This document shows, one piece after another, positions 13,051-23,918 of a stretch of DNA of 36,400 nt. Both the position numbers and the translations under genes were made by a program. The notes below the pieces were generated by a model. It saw only the letters and a list, made by a program, of their open reading frames with translations. It was not told the DNA's origin and searched no databases. Each line of letters begins with the position of its first letter. The stretch's first letter is position 1. This DNA comes from Chiloscyllium plagiosum (lineage: Eukaryota): assembly GCF_004010195.1 (NCBI RefSeq), contig NC_057718.1:29755279-29791678 (forward strand). The letters are read 5' to 3'.

Positions 13051-13639
13051 TCTCTGCACCTCAAGTTTCCAAGTGATGGTCACTAATGGATCTCTGTTTG
13101 CCTTAGCTGTAATAATATGTTTGGCTGGAGAAGCTGGAAGGAAGGTAATTAACATGCAAATTTAACAATATGGGCTAAAAGATGGGAAGGAAAGAAGGGT
13201 GCCACTTTGGAGGATTGCCTGTGCCCTTTTAGGGTGGTAAGACAAAATGTTTAATACCCGCTTTGGGCTCAGCTGGTCTCTGAGATTCCCAACTCCTTCT
13301 CACCAAACTAAGGTCTTTGATCTCTTCCCAGAACACAATAAATAAACTTAACTACCTTTATAGTCTAGGAGATTTAAGCCTTCTTCATGATTGTGTATAG
13401 CCTCAGCAGTGGCCACGACTTGTTTTTGGTCCTGTTGGAACTAAAAGAGCTACTCGCCAATCTGATTGTTTGGCAGGTCTTGAGGGAGGGAGTGACTGAT
13501 GTTGAGAAATGGAAATCTCACTCCCACTCAAAGCCAATCTCAGTGTAGTATTGCTGAGGAGCAGCCAGATTTAAAGTTGGTGAGCTGCTGACTGACTCTT
13601 TGACTGGTGGAAAAGGAGTACATTCTGCCACAAAATGTG

Positions 13640-13930
13640 AAGACTGAAGGTTCACCAGATGGATACCTGGGCTTGCAGGATTTCCTCATGAGAGATTAAG
13701 GAAACTGGGTCAGTATTCTCCAACATTTTGCAGAATGAGAGGTGATTTTACTGAAACTTTACAAAATTATTACGGGGCATTACAGTGTAGATGCAGATCG
13801 GATATTCCCCTTGGCTGGTGAATCTAGAATCAGGGCTCATAGTCTCAGAATAAGCTGCAGGCCTTAAGACTAAGATGATAAAGAATTTTCTCATTCAGGG
13901 AATGTTGAATTTGGAATTCTCTACCTCAGT
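13640..13930 (+). mobile_element. Old CR1 3' ORF2 fragment
   Basis: aggttcaccagatggatacctgg (RFTRWIPG) ... agaatgagaggtgat ... tctagaatcagggctcatagtctcagaata, as in other CR1 C-termini in the window. Confidence 0.65.
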
Positions 13931-13954
13931 TGTGCAGAATTATTGAGTGTGGGA

Positions 13955-14570
13955 GGCAGGGAGGTAATGAGGTAGTAGTATTATCAGTGGACTAGTAATC
14001 CAGAGATCCAGACTCTTCATGAATTCAAGTTCCACCACAGCAGCCAGTGTAGTTTGAATTTGGTGAATAAACATATGAAAATAAAAGCTAGTCTCAGGTG
14101 GGACCAGCTAAAGATCATCAATTATCATACAAACCGAACTGGTTCATTCATGTCCTTAGGAGGAAAATCTGCCATCCTCACCTGGTATAATACTTCAGAC
14201 CCACAGCAATGTGGCTAATTCTTAAATATCATCTGAAATGGCCTAACAACCACTTAGTTGTGTTCAATCACTACAAAATCTAACCGAAGGAATGAAACAA
14301 GGTAGACGACTCACAACAACCAAGGGTACGAGAAACACCAATGGAATCCAAAGCTCAGTCAGCCTTCCTAACATACGGGGGCTTGTGCCAAAACTGGGAG
14401 AACTGTTTCATAGACTAGTAAAAAAGCATCCTGCCATTGTCTGCAAGGTAGGACTCTATTAGTATGACTATGTCCCAGACACCACCAGTAACATTTTTGA
14501 GTAAATCCTGTTCCACCAACTGGTCAGACCTATCAGAAGTAGCAGCACAGTAGCATAGAGTTGGAAGGGT
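13955..14570 (+). mobile_element. 5' part of a second LINE type: tRNA/SINE-like head running into an AP endonuclease start
   Basis: Head has decayed Pol III-like boxes (ggactagtaatccagag...gaattcaagttccacc) and is homologous to short copies at 14580-14860(-), 18955-19075 and 21970-22075(-); NIRGLVPKLGELFHRLVKKHPAIV from 14370. Confidence 0.6.
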
Positions 14571-14579
14571 GTTTTTTAA

Positions 14580-14860
14580 AATTCATATTTAGGAGGAGAT
14601 TATCACTGACTGGGCCAGCATTTATTAAATTCTATTGCTTGAGTGTTTTTATGAGTTAAGGCTCAACCACATTATTGTGGATCTGAAGTCAGTTGGTAGC
14701 CAGGTAAAGTAAGACCAGGTAAGTATGAATGATTTCCTTCCATAAAGGACATAAATGAATAAGATGGGCTTTTTTACGACAATCAACATAGTTATATTTA
14801 TGTCATTAGGCTGGTTTTTCATTGCAGATACTTAGGAATTCAAATATCGCAATATGCCAC
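14580..14860 (-). mobile_element. SINE (family 3) sharing head and tail with the 13955/16120 LINE
   Basis: Reverse complement carries atgtcctttatggaaggaaat...cttacctggt...cagatccacaataatgtgg and ends aataaatgctggcccagtcagtga. Confidence 0.6.
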
Positions 14861-14979
14861 AATACCACCTCCCCAAGTCTTATGCTATCAGTTTAAACAT
14901 GAGCAAAGAAACCTTCTAATGATTATTTCTCCACACACCGCTTGAGATGATAAATCTTTTCTTCTATGTTAAGAAAATA

Positions 14980-15300
14980 AATTCTAGGAGCAGGAGTAGA
15001 CAATTAAGCCCCTCTAACCCGTGATCCCTGCATTCAAGTCATGAATATAGAATGAAAATAGTTGGAGCCTGAGGACAAAGCCCTGTGGAACCCAACTAGC
15101 TACACCTTGCCAACCAGAAAAAAAACATTTATTCCCAGCTCTCTGCTTTCTGTTGGTTAGCCAATTCTCTATCCAAACCCATGTGATCCTACTTTGTGTA
15201 TTAACCTTTTGTATGGTACTTTATCAAGTGTCTTCTGGACATCCAGACTTATAACATCTCCAGGATCCCCATTATTCACCTTACTTGTTACATCTGCGAA
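14980..15300 (-). mobile_element. Old CR1 RT fragment
   Basis: ORF 15169-15366(-): VTSKVNNGDPGDVISLDVQKTLDKVPYKRLIHKV. Confidence 0.7.
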
Positions 15301-15404
15301 GAACACTAGATAATTTACCCTCAATGTTAAACATTGCTGGGAAGATATTCTGAGTGTCAAGGGCACAGAATGTACTCTGGGTCAGGTATTTGATTATTCC
15401 CAAC

Positions 15405-15572
15405 CAGATTGCTGAAATTCCTTAACTTCAAGGCTGGCATGAAAGGTTTGAAGATCGAGAGGGCTCATCGGGTCACGGCGTGGAGATCAGGTCTGGGTCA
15501 ACGCCCTCGTCCTCTCCTGGTGCAGTCCATCACTACCAAGATAAGGAGAGAATCGTGGAAGCTTCCAGAATA
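15405..15572 (+). mobile_element. L1-clade ORF1 fragment (RRM region)
   Basis: LLKFLNFKAGMKGLKIERAHRVTAWRSGLGQRPRPLLV, then after a frameshift HYQDKERIVEASR; IERAHR...PRP...DKE is typical of L1 ORF1. Confidence 0.75.
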
Positions 15573-15589
15573 GCTCATTCACCAGGGTT

Positions 15590-16085
15590 AGACTCAGAAA
15601 AGATTTACAAGGATGTTGCCAGGGTTGGAGGATTTGAGCCAAAGGGAGAGGTTGAATAGGTTAAGGCTGCTTTCCCTGGAGGGTCGGAGTCTGAGGGGTG
15701 ACCTTATAGAGGTTTATAAAATCATGAGGGGCATAGATAGGATAAATAGACAAAGTCTTTTCCCTGGGGTGGGGGAGTCCAGAACCAGAGGGCATAGGTT
15801 TAGGGTGAGAGGGAAAAGATACAAAAGAGACTTAAGGGGCAACGTTTTCATGCACAGGGTGGTACATGTATGGAATGAGCTGACAGAGGAAGTGGTGAAG
15901 GCTAGTACCATTGCAACATTTAAAATGCATCTGGATTGGTATATGAGTAGGAAGGGTTTGGAGAGATATGGGCCGGTTGCTGGCAGGTGGGACTAGATTG
16001 GGTTGGGATATCTGGTCGGCATGGATGGGTTGGACCGAAGGGTCTGTTTCCGTGCTGTACATCTCTGAGTCTATGAGTCTAAGAG
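15590..16085 (+). mobile_element. 5'-truncated young CR1 (same family as 8499-12490)
   Basis: ORF 15613-15996 MLPGLEDLS...GRWD plus 3' UTR and ctctgagtctatgagtct tail. Confidence 0.92.
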
Positions 16086-16119
16086 TGGCTCATTAGTACC
16101 ACCGTTGATTTGATTGGCT

Positions 16120-16795
16120 GTCTCCTTGGCATTACCATCACTGATGTCTCCTACTTCCAACATCCTGCAGATGATCACTGACCAGAAACTGAGCTAGGAC
16201 AACCATAAATACTTTCGCTACAAGAATAAGTAAGAGGCTGGGAATATTGTGGCAAATAATTCAGTTCCTGGCTTCTCAAAGACTGTCCACAATTTACAAA
16301 GCACAGCTCAGGGGTGTGATGGAATATTTTTCACTTGCCTGAATGAATGCAGTTCCAAGAACACTCTAGATACCATCCAGGACAAAGTTTGACCCTATTG
16401 ATCGTACATTGATTGAGCCCATCTGATGACTTTAGCATTCACATGCTCTCCCACCAAGGAAAGGTCGTAGCAGTGTCTCCAAAATGCATTGCAACAACTC
16501 ACTGAGATTCTTTTGACAGGACTTTCCAAACCCAGGACCTAGAAGGACAAAGGCAACAGAGCAATGAGAATATCACCACCTGTAAGTCTCTCTTTCTAAG
16601 CTTTACACAATCTAGAACTGGAACAGTATTATTTTTCCTTCATTGTCATTGGCTTAAAATCCTGGAATGTCCTTCCTAACTGTATATACCTGCACCACAT
16701 GGAGTCCAGAGGTTCTGGAAAGCATTTAACCACAGAGCAGTTATGGATGAACAATAAAAATTGGACTGGCCAGTGACACCCAGATTCCATGAACA
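16120..16795 (+). mobile_element. 3' part of the second LINE type (CR1 group)
   Basis: LSTIYKAQLRGVMEYFSLA*MNAVPRTL from 16283; tail gagcagttatggatgaacaataaaaattggactggccagtgacaccc is shared with family-3 SINEs. Confidence 0.7.
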
Positions 16796-17500
16796 CATAG
16801 AGTTATAGAGTCATAGAGTTGTACAGCATGGAAACTTCAGTCCAACTCGTGCATGCTGTCCAGATACCCTAAGATAATTTGGAACATATGCCAGCATTTG
16901 GCCCATATCCCTATAAACTCTTCCTATTCATATACCCATCCAAATGTCTTTTAAATGTTGTAATTGTACAGCCTCCACCACTTCCTCTGGCAGCACGTTC
17001 CATACATGCTCCACCCTCTGCATGGAAAAGTTACCCCTCAGGTCCCTTTTGAATCTTTCCCCTCTCACCCTAAATCTATGCCCTCTAGTTTTGGACTTCC
17101 CCACCCCAGGGAAAAGACTTTCTCTATTTACCCTATCCATGCACCCCCTTGATGTTATAAACCTCTATAAGGTCATCGCTTAGCCTCCAACTCTCCAGGG
17201 AAAACAGCCTATTCAGCCTTTCCCTACAGCTGTAACCTTCCAACCCTGACAACATCCTTGTAAATCTTTTCTGAATCATTTCAAGTTTCACAACATCCTT
17301 CCTATAACAATTCTGGCCACAGTATTCCAAAAGTGGCCCAGCGAATGTCCAGCTGCAATATGACCTCCCAACTCCTGTACTCAATGCACTGATCAATAAA
17401 GGCTAGCATATCAAATGCCTTCTTCACTATCCATCTACCTGTGACTCCACTTTCAAGAAACTAAGAACTTGCAGCCCAAAGTCTCTTTGTTCACTGACAC
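16795..17500 (-). mobile_element. 5'-truncated CR1
   Basis: ORFs 16928-17396(-) match the CR1 ORF2 C-terminus; tail catagagttatagagtcatagag. Confidence 0.9.
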
Positions 17501-17743
17501 TCATAAATTGAGTCAGAAATCAATACATTTCAGGATACTAATGATGGTGGGAAAAACAGCATGTAGGTAGATTATCATCATGATCTGTTTGAATGATGGA
17601 GCAAATTCATTCGGCAGAATGGCCTACTTCTACTTCTACCTTTATTTTGTATGATTCTATGTTTGTAACAATCAATGTTAAATATCAGAGCAGCTGTCTT
17701 GCATCTACCAGAAAGCAGAGAAACTTACTCAGATATTGATGAG

Positions 17744-17946
17744 GTAAAAACAATGACTGCAGATGCTGGAAACCAGATTCTGGATTAGTGGTGCTGGAAG
17801 TGCACAGCAGTTCAGGCAGCATCCAAGGAGCTTCGAAATCGACGTTTCAGGCAAAAGCCCTTCCTCGATTTCGAAGTTCCTTGGATGCTGCCTGAACTGC
17901 TGTGCACTTCCAGCACCACTAATCCAGAATCTGGTTTCCAGCATCT
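17744..17946. repeat. Penelope-derived inverted repeat: 82-bp arms, 1 mismatch, 22-nt loop
   Basis: 17761-17842 is the reverse complement of 17865-17946 except for one position; the loop is a hammerhead stem II/GAAA remnant on the minus strand. Confidence 0.95.
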
Positions 17947-18651
17947 CCTGAAGGTATCAGAGCCAGAACCAGCCTTATTGCCACATTGTACACACGAGTA
18001 CATTGAAACGTTTACAAAGCCACCTCAGGGCACCATCTTAGGTACCAAGGTACCTCGGTGCAGGATGTTAGGAAAGAAGGAGATGCATAAAGAAGTACAA
18101 AGGTTCAGCATTAGCCTCCTTCAGACCCCAGACCAATGCAGGCCCCACGCGGAGCCCATCACGGGAACTAGTGATGACTCTCGGAGTTGAAGAGCCACAT
18201 TTGGAGATAAGGAGCAAGCAGCCTCTGGGGCAACCATGTCCTGAGGTACTGAAAGCGGGATCTCAGTGTGTGGGGAGCAGGATAAAGCAACGAAGATGTG
18301 TAACTGGAGGTAATTCAGGAGCAGTGCTCACGTTCATTGTGACTGTACTGAGCAGTCTGGTAAAGAACACCATTGCCCCCTGCTGTTCATCCACTACATT
18401 GCAAACTCAATCCTTGGGAAAGTCATCAGAACGGATACAGGAGGGAAACAATGGACAGATTTCAGATTATCTTTTGCATCATCAGAACAGGAGGACACCA
18501 ATCAGCTCATTGAGGCTGTTCCTGTCTCCATTCTCTGTCCAGACCATTCAACACCTTTATCAAAATCATTTCTCGATCTTTGGAGCTGAAACCAATGGTT
18601 GGGCGCCGTCAGATCTCGTCAGTCTCAGTCTCGAACGTGTCCTCACTGCAG

Positions 18652-18709
18652 TAGGTACACCAGCCCCATTGTGATCCTGAACCTCGCGGAGCTGCAGCAA
18701 GTTCAGATG
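18652..18709 (+). CDS. Candidate internal exon of an unidentified gene (RYTSPIVILNLAELQQVQM)
   Basis: Acceptor gtgtcctcactgcAG (tandem CAGTAG), donor ATG|GTGACA, open frame with mostly G/C third positions, non-repetitive context; protein family not recognised. Confidence 0.35.
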
Positions 18710-18809
18710 GTGACAGTCCATTGCCCACGAACTCCCAAATACACAACTCCCGCTCCTGTTCCTCAGACCGACCCGTATCAGTGATCTCTGTCTTGTTCCT
18801 TTAGACACA

Positions 18810-18950
18810 GAGAGTCATAGAGATGTACAGCACAGAAACAGACCATTCAGCCCAACTTGTCCATGCCGACCAGATATCCCAAACTAATCTAGTCCCATAT
18901 GCCAGCACCCGACCCATATCCCTCTAAACCCTTCCTATTCATATACCTTT
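18810..18950 (-). mobile_element. CR1 3' tail fragment
   Basis: agagtcatagagatgtacagcacagaaacagacc...ccatgccgaccagatatccc, matching 8505-8640. Confidence 0.88.
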
Positions 18951-18954
18951 TAAA

Positions 18955-19075
18955 GGTTGCCCTTACCTGGTCTGGCCTACATGTGACACCAGAACCTCAG
19001 TAATGGGGCAATTAGGGATGGGTAATTAATGCTGGCTGAGCTAGTGATACCAAGGTGTTGTGAATGCATAAAAAG
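18955..19075 (+). mobile_element. Family-3 SINE fragment
   Basis: ccttacctggtctggcctacatgtgacaccaga...gggcaattagggatgggtaattaatgctggc. Confidence 0.6.
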
Positions 19076-19220
19076 AATATATTTAAGTAAATCACCCAAA
19101 CCATTCCCAAAATATGCTCGACAATGGTTTTTATTGGGTTCATGTGTCACTGGCTCAAATGACATTCATTGTCTCCCCCTATTTGCCACTGGAACTGACT
19201 CTCTTGGGAGGGCCATTTTG

Positions 19221-20003
19221 GCCACTCCCTCCGTGACTCCCTCATCAGGCCCACGCCCCCCACCAGCCCACCCTCCCCTCCCGGCACCTTCTCCTGCCAC
19301 CGCAGGAATTGCACAACCTGTGCCCACACCTCCTCCCTCGCCTCCGTCCAAGACCCCAAAGGAGCCTTCCACATCTGTCAGAGATTTTCCTGCACATCCA
19401 AACACCTCGTCTACTGTGTCCGTTGCTCCCGATGTGGTCTCCTCTACATTGGGGAGACTGGACACCAGCTCACAGAACGTTTCAGAGAACATCTCCGGGA
19501 CACCCGCACCAATCAACCACACCGCCCCGTGGCCCAACATTTCAACTCCCCCTCCCACTCTGCCGAGGACATGGCGGTCCTGGGCCTCCTTCACCGCCGC
19601 TCCCTCACCACCAGATGCCTGGAGGAAGAACGCCTCATCTTCCGCCTCGGAACACTTCAACCCCAGGGCATCAATGTGGATTTCAACAATTTCCTCAGTT
19701 CCCCTCCCTCTCACCTCATCCCAGTTCCAACCTTCCAACTCAGCACTACCCTCTTGACCTGTCCTACCTATCAATCTTCCTTCCCACCTATCCACCCCAC
19801 CTTCCTCTTTGACTTGTCACCATTAGCCCCCCTCCATCCATCCATCGCACTCTCAGCTACTTTCGCCCCAGCCCCACCCATTTATCTCTCAGCCGCCCTC
19901 GGGCCACAGCCTCCTGCTCCTCGGATGCTGCCTGACCTGCTGTGCTTTTCCAGCAACACACTCTCAACTCTGATCCCCAGTATCTGTAGTCCTCACTTTC
20001 TCT
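19221..20003 (+). mobile_element. 5'-truncated Penelope-like element encoding a GIY-YIG endonuclease
   Basis: Open frame ..PGTFSCHRRNCTTCAH..FSCTSKHLVYCVRCSRCGLLYIGETGHQLTERFREHLRD..VAQHFN..EEERLIFRLGTLQPQGINVDF, followed by the 3' tail shared with the short copies. Confidence 0.93.
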
Positions 20004-20053
20004 CATTTTGGAGTCCACTAATAATACTGAGAGTCTTCAGTCACATCAAACGT

Positions 20054-21702
20054 AGAACATAGAACATTACAGCTCAGTACAGGCCCTTCAGCCCTCGATA
20101 TTACACCCACCTGTGGAACCAATCTGAAGCCCATCTATCTGACACTAGTCCATTCTCATCCATATGTTTATCCACACAGAGGGTGGTGGGTGCCTGGAAT
20201 GCGTTACCAGCAGAGGTAGTAAAGGCAGGCGCGGTAGATTCATTTAAGATGCGTCTGGACAGATGCATGAGTAGGTGGGGAGCAGAGGGATACAGATGCT
20301 CAGAAATTGGGTGATAGATTTAGACAATAGATTTGGATCGGCTCAGGCTTGGAGGGCCGAAGGGCCTGTTCCTGGGCTGTAAATTTTCTTTGTTCGTTGT
20401 TTATCCAATGACCATTTAAATGCCCTTAAAGTTGGTGAGTTTACTACTGTTGCAGGCAGGATGTTTCACTGGGTAAAGAAACTATCTCTGACATCTGTCC
20501 TATATCTGTCACCCCACAATTTAAAGCTATGCCCCCTCGTGCTCACCATCACCAATTGAAGAAAAAGGCTCTCCCTGCCCACCCTATCTAACCCTCTGAT
20601 TATCTTATATGTCTCTATTAAGTCACCTCTCAACCTTCTTCTCTCTAATGAAAACAGCCTCAGTTCCCTCAGCCTTTCCCCATAAGACCTTCCCTCCATA
20701 CCAGCCAACATCCTGGTAAATCTCCTCTGCACCCTTTCCAAAGCTTCCACATCCTTCCTATAATGTGGTGACCAGAACTGGACACAATACTCCAAGTGCA
20801 GCCGCACCAGAGTTTTTTGCAGCTGCAGCATGACCTTGTGGCTCCGAAACTCAATCCCTCTACCAATAAAAGCTAACACACTGTGTGCCTTCTTAACAAC
20901 CGTGTCAACCTGGGTGGCAACATTCAGGAATCTATGTACATGGACACAGAGATCGCTCTGCTTATCTGCACCGCCAAGATTCTTACCATTAGCCCAGTAC
21001 TCTGCATTCCTGTTACTCATTCCAAAGTGAATCATCTCACACTTGTCCACATTAAACTCCATTTGCCACCTCTCAGTCCAGTTCTGCAGCTTATCTATCC
21101 CCCTCTGTAACTTGCAACATCCTTCGTCACTATCCACAACTCCACCGACCTTAGTGTCATCCACAAATTTACTAACCCATCTTTCTACACGCTTATCTAG
21201 GTCAGTTATAAAAATGACAAACAGCAGTGGCCCCAAAACAGGTCCTTGCGGTACCCCACTTGTAACTGAACTCCAGGATGAACATTTCCCATCAACCACC
21301 ACCCTCTGTCTTCTTTCAGCTAGCCAATTTCTGATCCAAACCGCTAAACCACCCTCAATCCCATGCCTCTGTATTTTGTGCAACAGCCTACCATGGGAAA
21401 CCTTATCAAACACCTTACTGAAATCCATATACCACATCAACCGCTTTACCCTCATCTACCTGTTTGGTCACCTTCTCAAAGAACTCAATAAGGTTTGTGA
21501 GGCACGACCTACCCTTCACAAAACCATCTCTAATCAACTTATTCCTTTCTAGATGATTATAAATCCTATCCCTTATAACCCTTTCCAACACTTTACCCAC
21601 AACTGAAGTAAGGCTCACTGGTCTATAATTATCAGGGTTGTCTCTACTCCCCTTCTTGAACAAGGGGACAAACATTTGCTATCCTCCAGTCTTCTGGCAC
21701 TG
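20054..21702 (-). mobile_element. 5'-truncated CR1, RT largely open
   Basis: ORFs 21415-21675 and 20466-21455 (YRPVSLTS, MDFSKVFDKV, GVPQG, FVDDTK); tail tagaacatagaaca at 20054. Confidence 0.93.
20175..20397 (+). mobile_element. Short CR1 3' fragment nested antisense in a CR1, 10-bp TSD
   Basis: tgtttatcca at 20165-20174 and 20398-20407. Confidence 0.85.
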
Positions 21703-21840
21703 TTTCTGTAGAATCCCTCAAATGAAAAAGCAGACCATTCAGCCCATTGAATCCACACTGAGCATCCTATGTGAACCCACTCTATCCTGTCCCACTCTAT
21801 CCTGCATTTCCCATGTCCCATCCACCCTGACCCATACACC

Positions 21841-21962
21841 TTTCCACACAGACAGGGGGAGAGTGTGCAAACTCCACACAGACAGTCGCCCGAGGCTGGA
21901 ATCGAACCTGGGCTCCTGGTGCCATGAAGCAGCAGAGCTAACCACTGAGCCACCGTGCCACC
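21841..21962 (-). mobile_element. HE1-type SINE 5' part
   Basis: Reverse complement reads ggcacggtggctcagtggttagc...aggttcgattccagcctcgggcgactgtctgtgtggagtttgcac. Confidence 0.85.
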
Positions 21963-22287
21963 TTCATCCATACCAGGTCAGGATGGGAGCCTCCTTCCCT
22001 AAAGGACATTTAGTGAATCAGATGGGGTTTTGCAACAATCAGCAATGGATTCATGGCCAAAACAAATTTTATCCAGAAGTGTTCTTACACACAACAGAAC
22101 AGTTTGTTTTTCCAACACCAAATCACCACTGGCATTTTCCCACCCGTGTGTCACCCGCAGTAAACCCCTCAGGTTTTCCTGTTTCAGGGAAATGCGTACA
22201 TGGGAGGTGGAGGGGCGGGCAGGTGGAGCTAAAACAAATCGGAGTTCCATCACTCAGACTAGCTTTCAGACCAAGGTGTAAACTGGA

Positions 22288-22885
22288 GTAACAGCAAAAT
22301 ACTGTGGGTGCTGGAAATCTGAAACAAAAGCAGAGAATACTGGAGAAACTCGCCAGGTCTGGCAGCACGGTGGCACAGTGGTTAGCACTGCTGCCTCACA
22401 GCGCCAGAGACCCGGGTTCAATTCCCGCCTCAGGTGACTGACTGTGTGGAGTTTGCACATTCTCCCCGTGTCTGCGTGGGTTTCCTCCGGGTGCTCCGGT
22501 TTCCTCCCACAGTCCAAAGATGTGCAGGTCAGGTGAATTGGCCATGCTAAATTGCCTGCAGTATTTGGGGCAGGGGTAAATGTAGGGGAATGGGTCTGGG
22601 TGGGTTGTGTTTTGGCAGGTCGGTGTGGACTTGTTGGGCCGAAGGGCCTGTTTCCACACTGTAATGTAATCTAATCTAAATAAAGTAATCTAATCTGCGG
22701 AGACAGACAGAGATAGAGAGAGGGAGCGAGAAACAGAGAGAGGGAGAGAAAGAGAGAGAGAGAGAGGCTGAATTCATGGAAATAGCTGAGAGTCTTACTG
22801 GATTAAAACATTAATACTGTTTCTCTCTCTGTGCACAGATATTGCCAGACCTACTGAGTTTCTCTGGTACTCTCTGTGTTTGCTA
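22288..22885. mobile_element. Penelope-like inverted-terminus remnant interrupted by HE1 SINE and (GA)n
   Basis: 22288-22360(-) and ~22785-22885(+) are homologous to the 6585-7026 termini; GA-rich tract at 22700-22766. Confidence 0.65.
22361..22695 (+). mobile_element. Full-length HE1-type tRNA-derived SINE
   Basis: A box TGGCACAGTGG 22371-22381, B box GGTTCAATTCC 22415-22425, V-domain-like gtctgcgtgggtttcctccgggtgctccggtttcctcccac, CR1-like tail and (TAATC)n. Confidence 0.92.
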
Positions 22886-23043
22886 ACTAAAGTTGACAAA
22901 ATTTGAGAAAGGAGGGTGGGGTTCTGGGTGACAGTGGAAAGGAGGGGGATGGAGGGATAACTTGTATTATAAAGACATAGAGTCATAGAGATGTATAGCA
23001 CAGAAACAAACTTTTCAGTCCAACACATCCATGCCGACCAGAT

Positions 23044-23293
23044 ATCAGGAGGGACAGGCAGGAGGCTGGGGGTCACAGCAAGGCAGGCAGTATCAGGAGG
23101 GATAGGCAGGAGGCTGGGGGAATACAGCAAGGCAGGCAGCATCAGGGGGGACAGGCAGGAGGCTGGGGGAACACAGCAAGGCAGGCAGCATCAGGAGGGA
23201 CAGGCAGGAGGCTGGGGGAACACAGCAAGGCAGGCAGCATCAGGAGGGACAGGCAGGAGGCTGGGAGAACACAGCAAGGCAGGCAGCATCAGG
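23044..23293. repeat. 49-bp minisatellite, ~5 copies
   Basis: Unit atcaggagggacaggcaggaggctgggggaacacagcaaggcaggcagc starts at 23044, 23092, 23141, 23190 and 23239, with a partial copy at 23288. Confidence 0.95.
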
Positions 23294-23735
23294 TTTAGAG
23301 GGATATGAGCCGGGTGCTGGCAGGTGGGACTCGATTGGGTTGGGATATCTGGTCGGCATGGATGGGTTGGACCGAAGGGTCTGTTTCCATGCTGTACATC
23401 TCTATGTCTCTATAAAAAAACTCAATGAGATTTGTGAGACACGACCTGCTCTTGACGAAACCACGTTGACTATCTGAAATCAAATTGTTGCTTGCTAGAT
23501 GATTATAAATCTTATCTCTTATAATCCTTTCCAAAACTTTTCCTACAACAGACATAAGACTCACTGGTCTATAATTAGCTGGGTCATCTCTCCTGCCCTT
23601 CTTGAACAAGGGCACAACATTTGCAATCCTCCAGTCCTCTGGTACCAAACCTATAGACAATGATGACTCAAATATCAAAGCCAAAGGCTCTGCTATCTCC
23701 TCCCTAGTTCCCAGAGAATCCTCGGATAAATCCCA
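23293..23735. mobile_element. Abutting CR1 fragments: 3' tail (+, 23293-23412) and RT piece (-, 23415-23735)
   Basis: ORF 23295-23747(-) PEDWRIANVVPLFKKG..YRPVSL..SCLTNLIEFF runs directly into an antisense tail. Confidence 0.85.
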
Positions 23736-23918
23736 TCCATTATCCACCTCTCATAATCAAGACTCCTGTTTAACCAACTTGTGTTATCTCCTCGAAATGA
23801 CTTCTGATTTGCCCCAGATGGGCCTGAATTTTTACTCTTCTCATTCAGGCCTTTTCTAATCCCTCCTTTCTCTCTACTTCCCAAGGCCAAAGGCCTACCA
23901 GCTTGACTGACTCTCTGT

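Noticed and set aside
13100..13635. Possible MITE remnant
   Set aside because: No convincing TIR pair or TSD could be identified.
17729..17951. Mirror ORFs MLETRFWISGAG on both strands
   Set aside because: A consequence of the inverted repeat; no evidence of coding.
19029..19812. Long Pro/Gly-rich ORFs (242, 209 and 167 aa)
   Set aside because: Alternative frames and antisense of the C-rich Penelope GIY-YIG region.
20466..21455. 329-aa ORF as a functional or domesticated gene
   Set aside because: 5'-truncated, frameshifted CR1 RT with no sign of host-gene structure.
22361..22435. tRNA gene
   Set aside because: The A and B boxes belong to a SINE head that continues into the V-domain-like region and LINE tail; it is multi-copy in the window.
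23044..23293. CRISPR-like array
   Set aside because: Units are contiguous with no unique spacers, the context is eukaryotic, and there are no cas genes.
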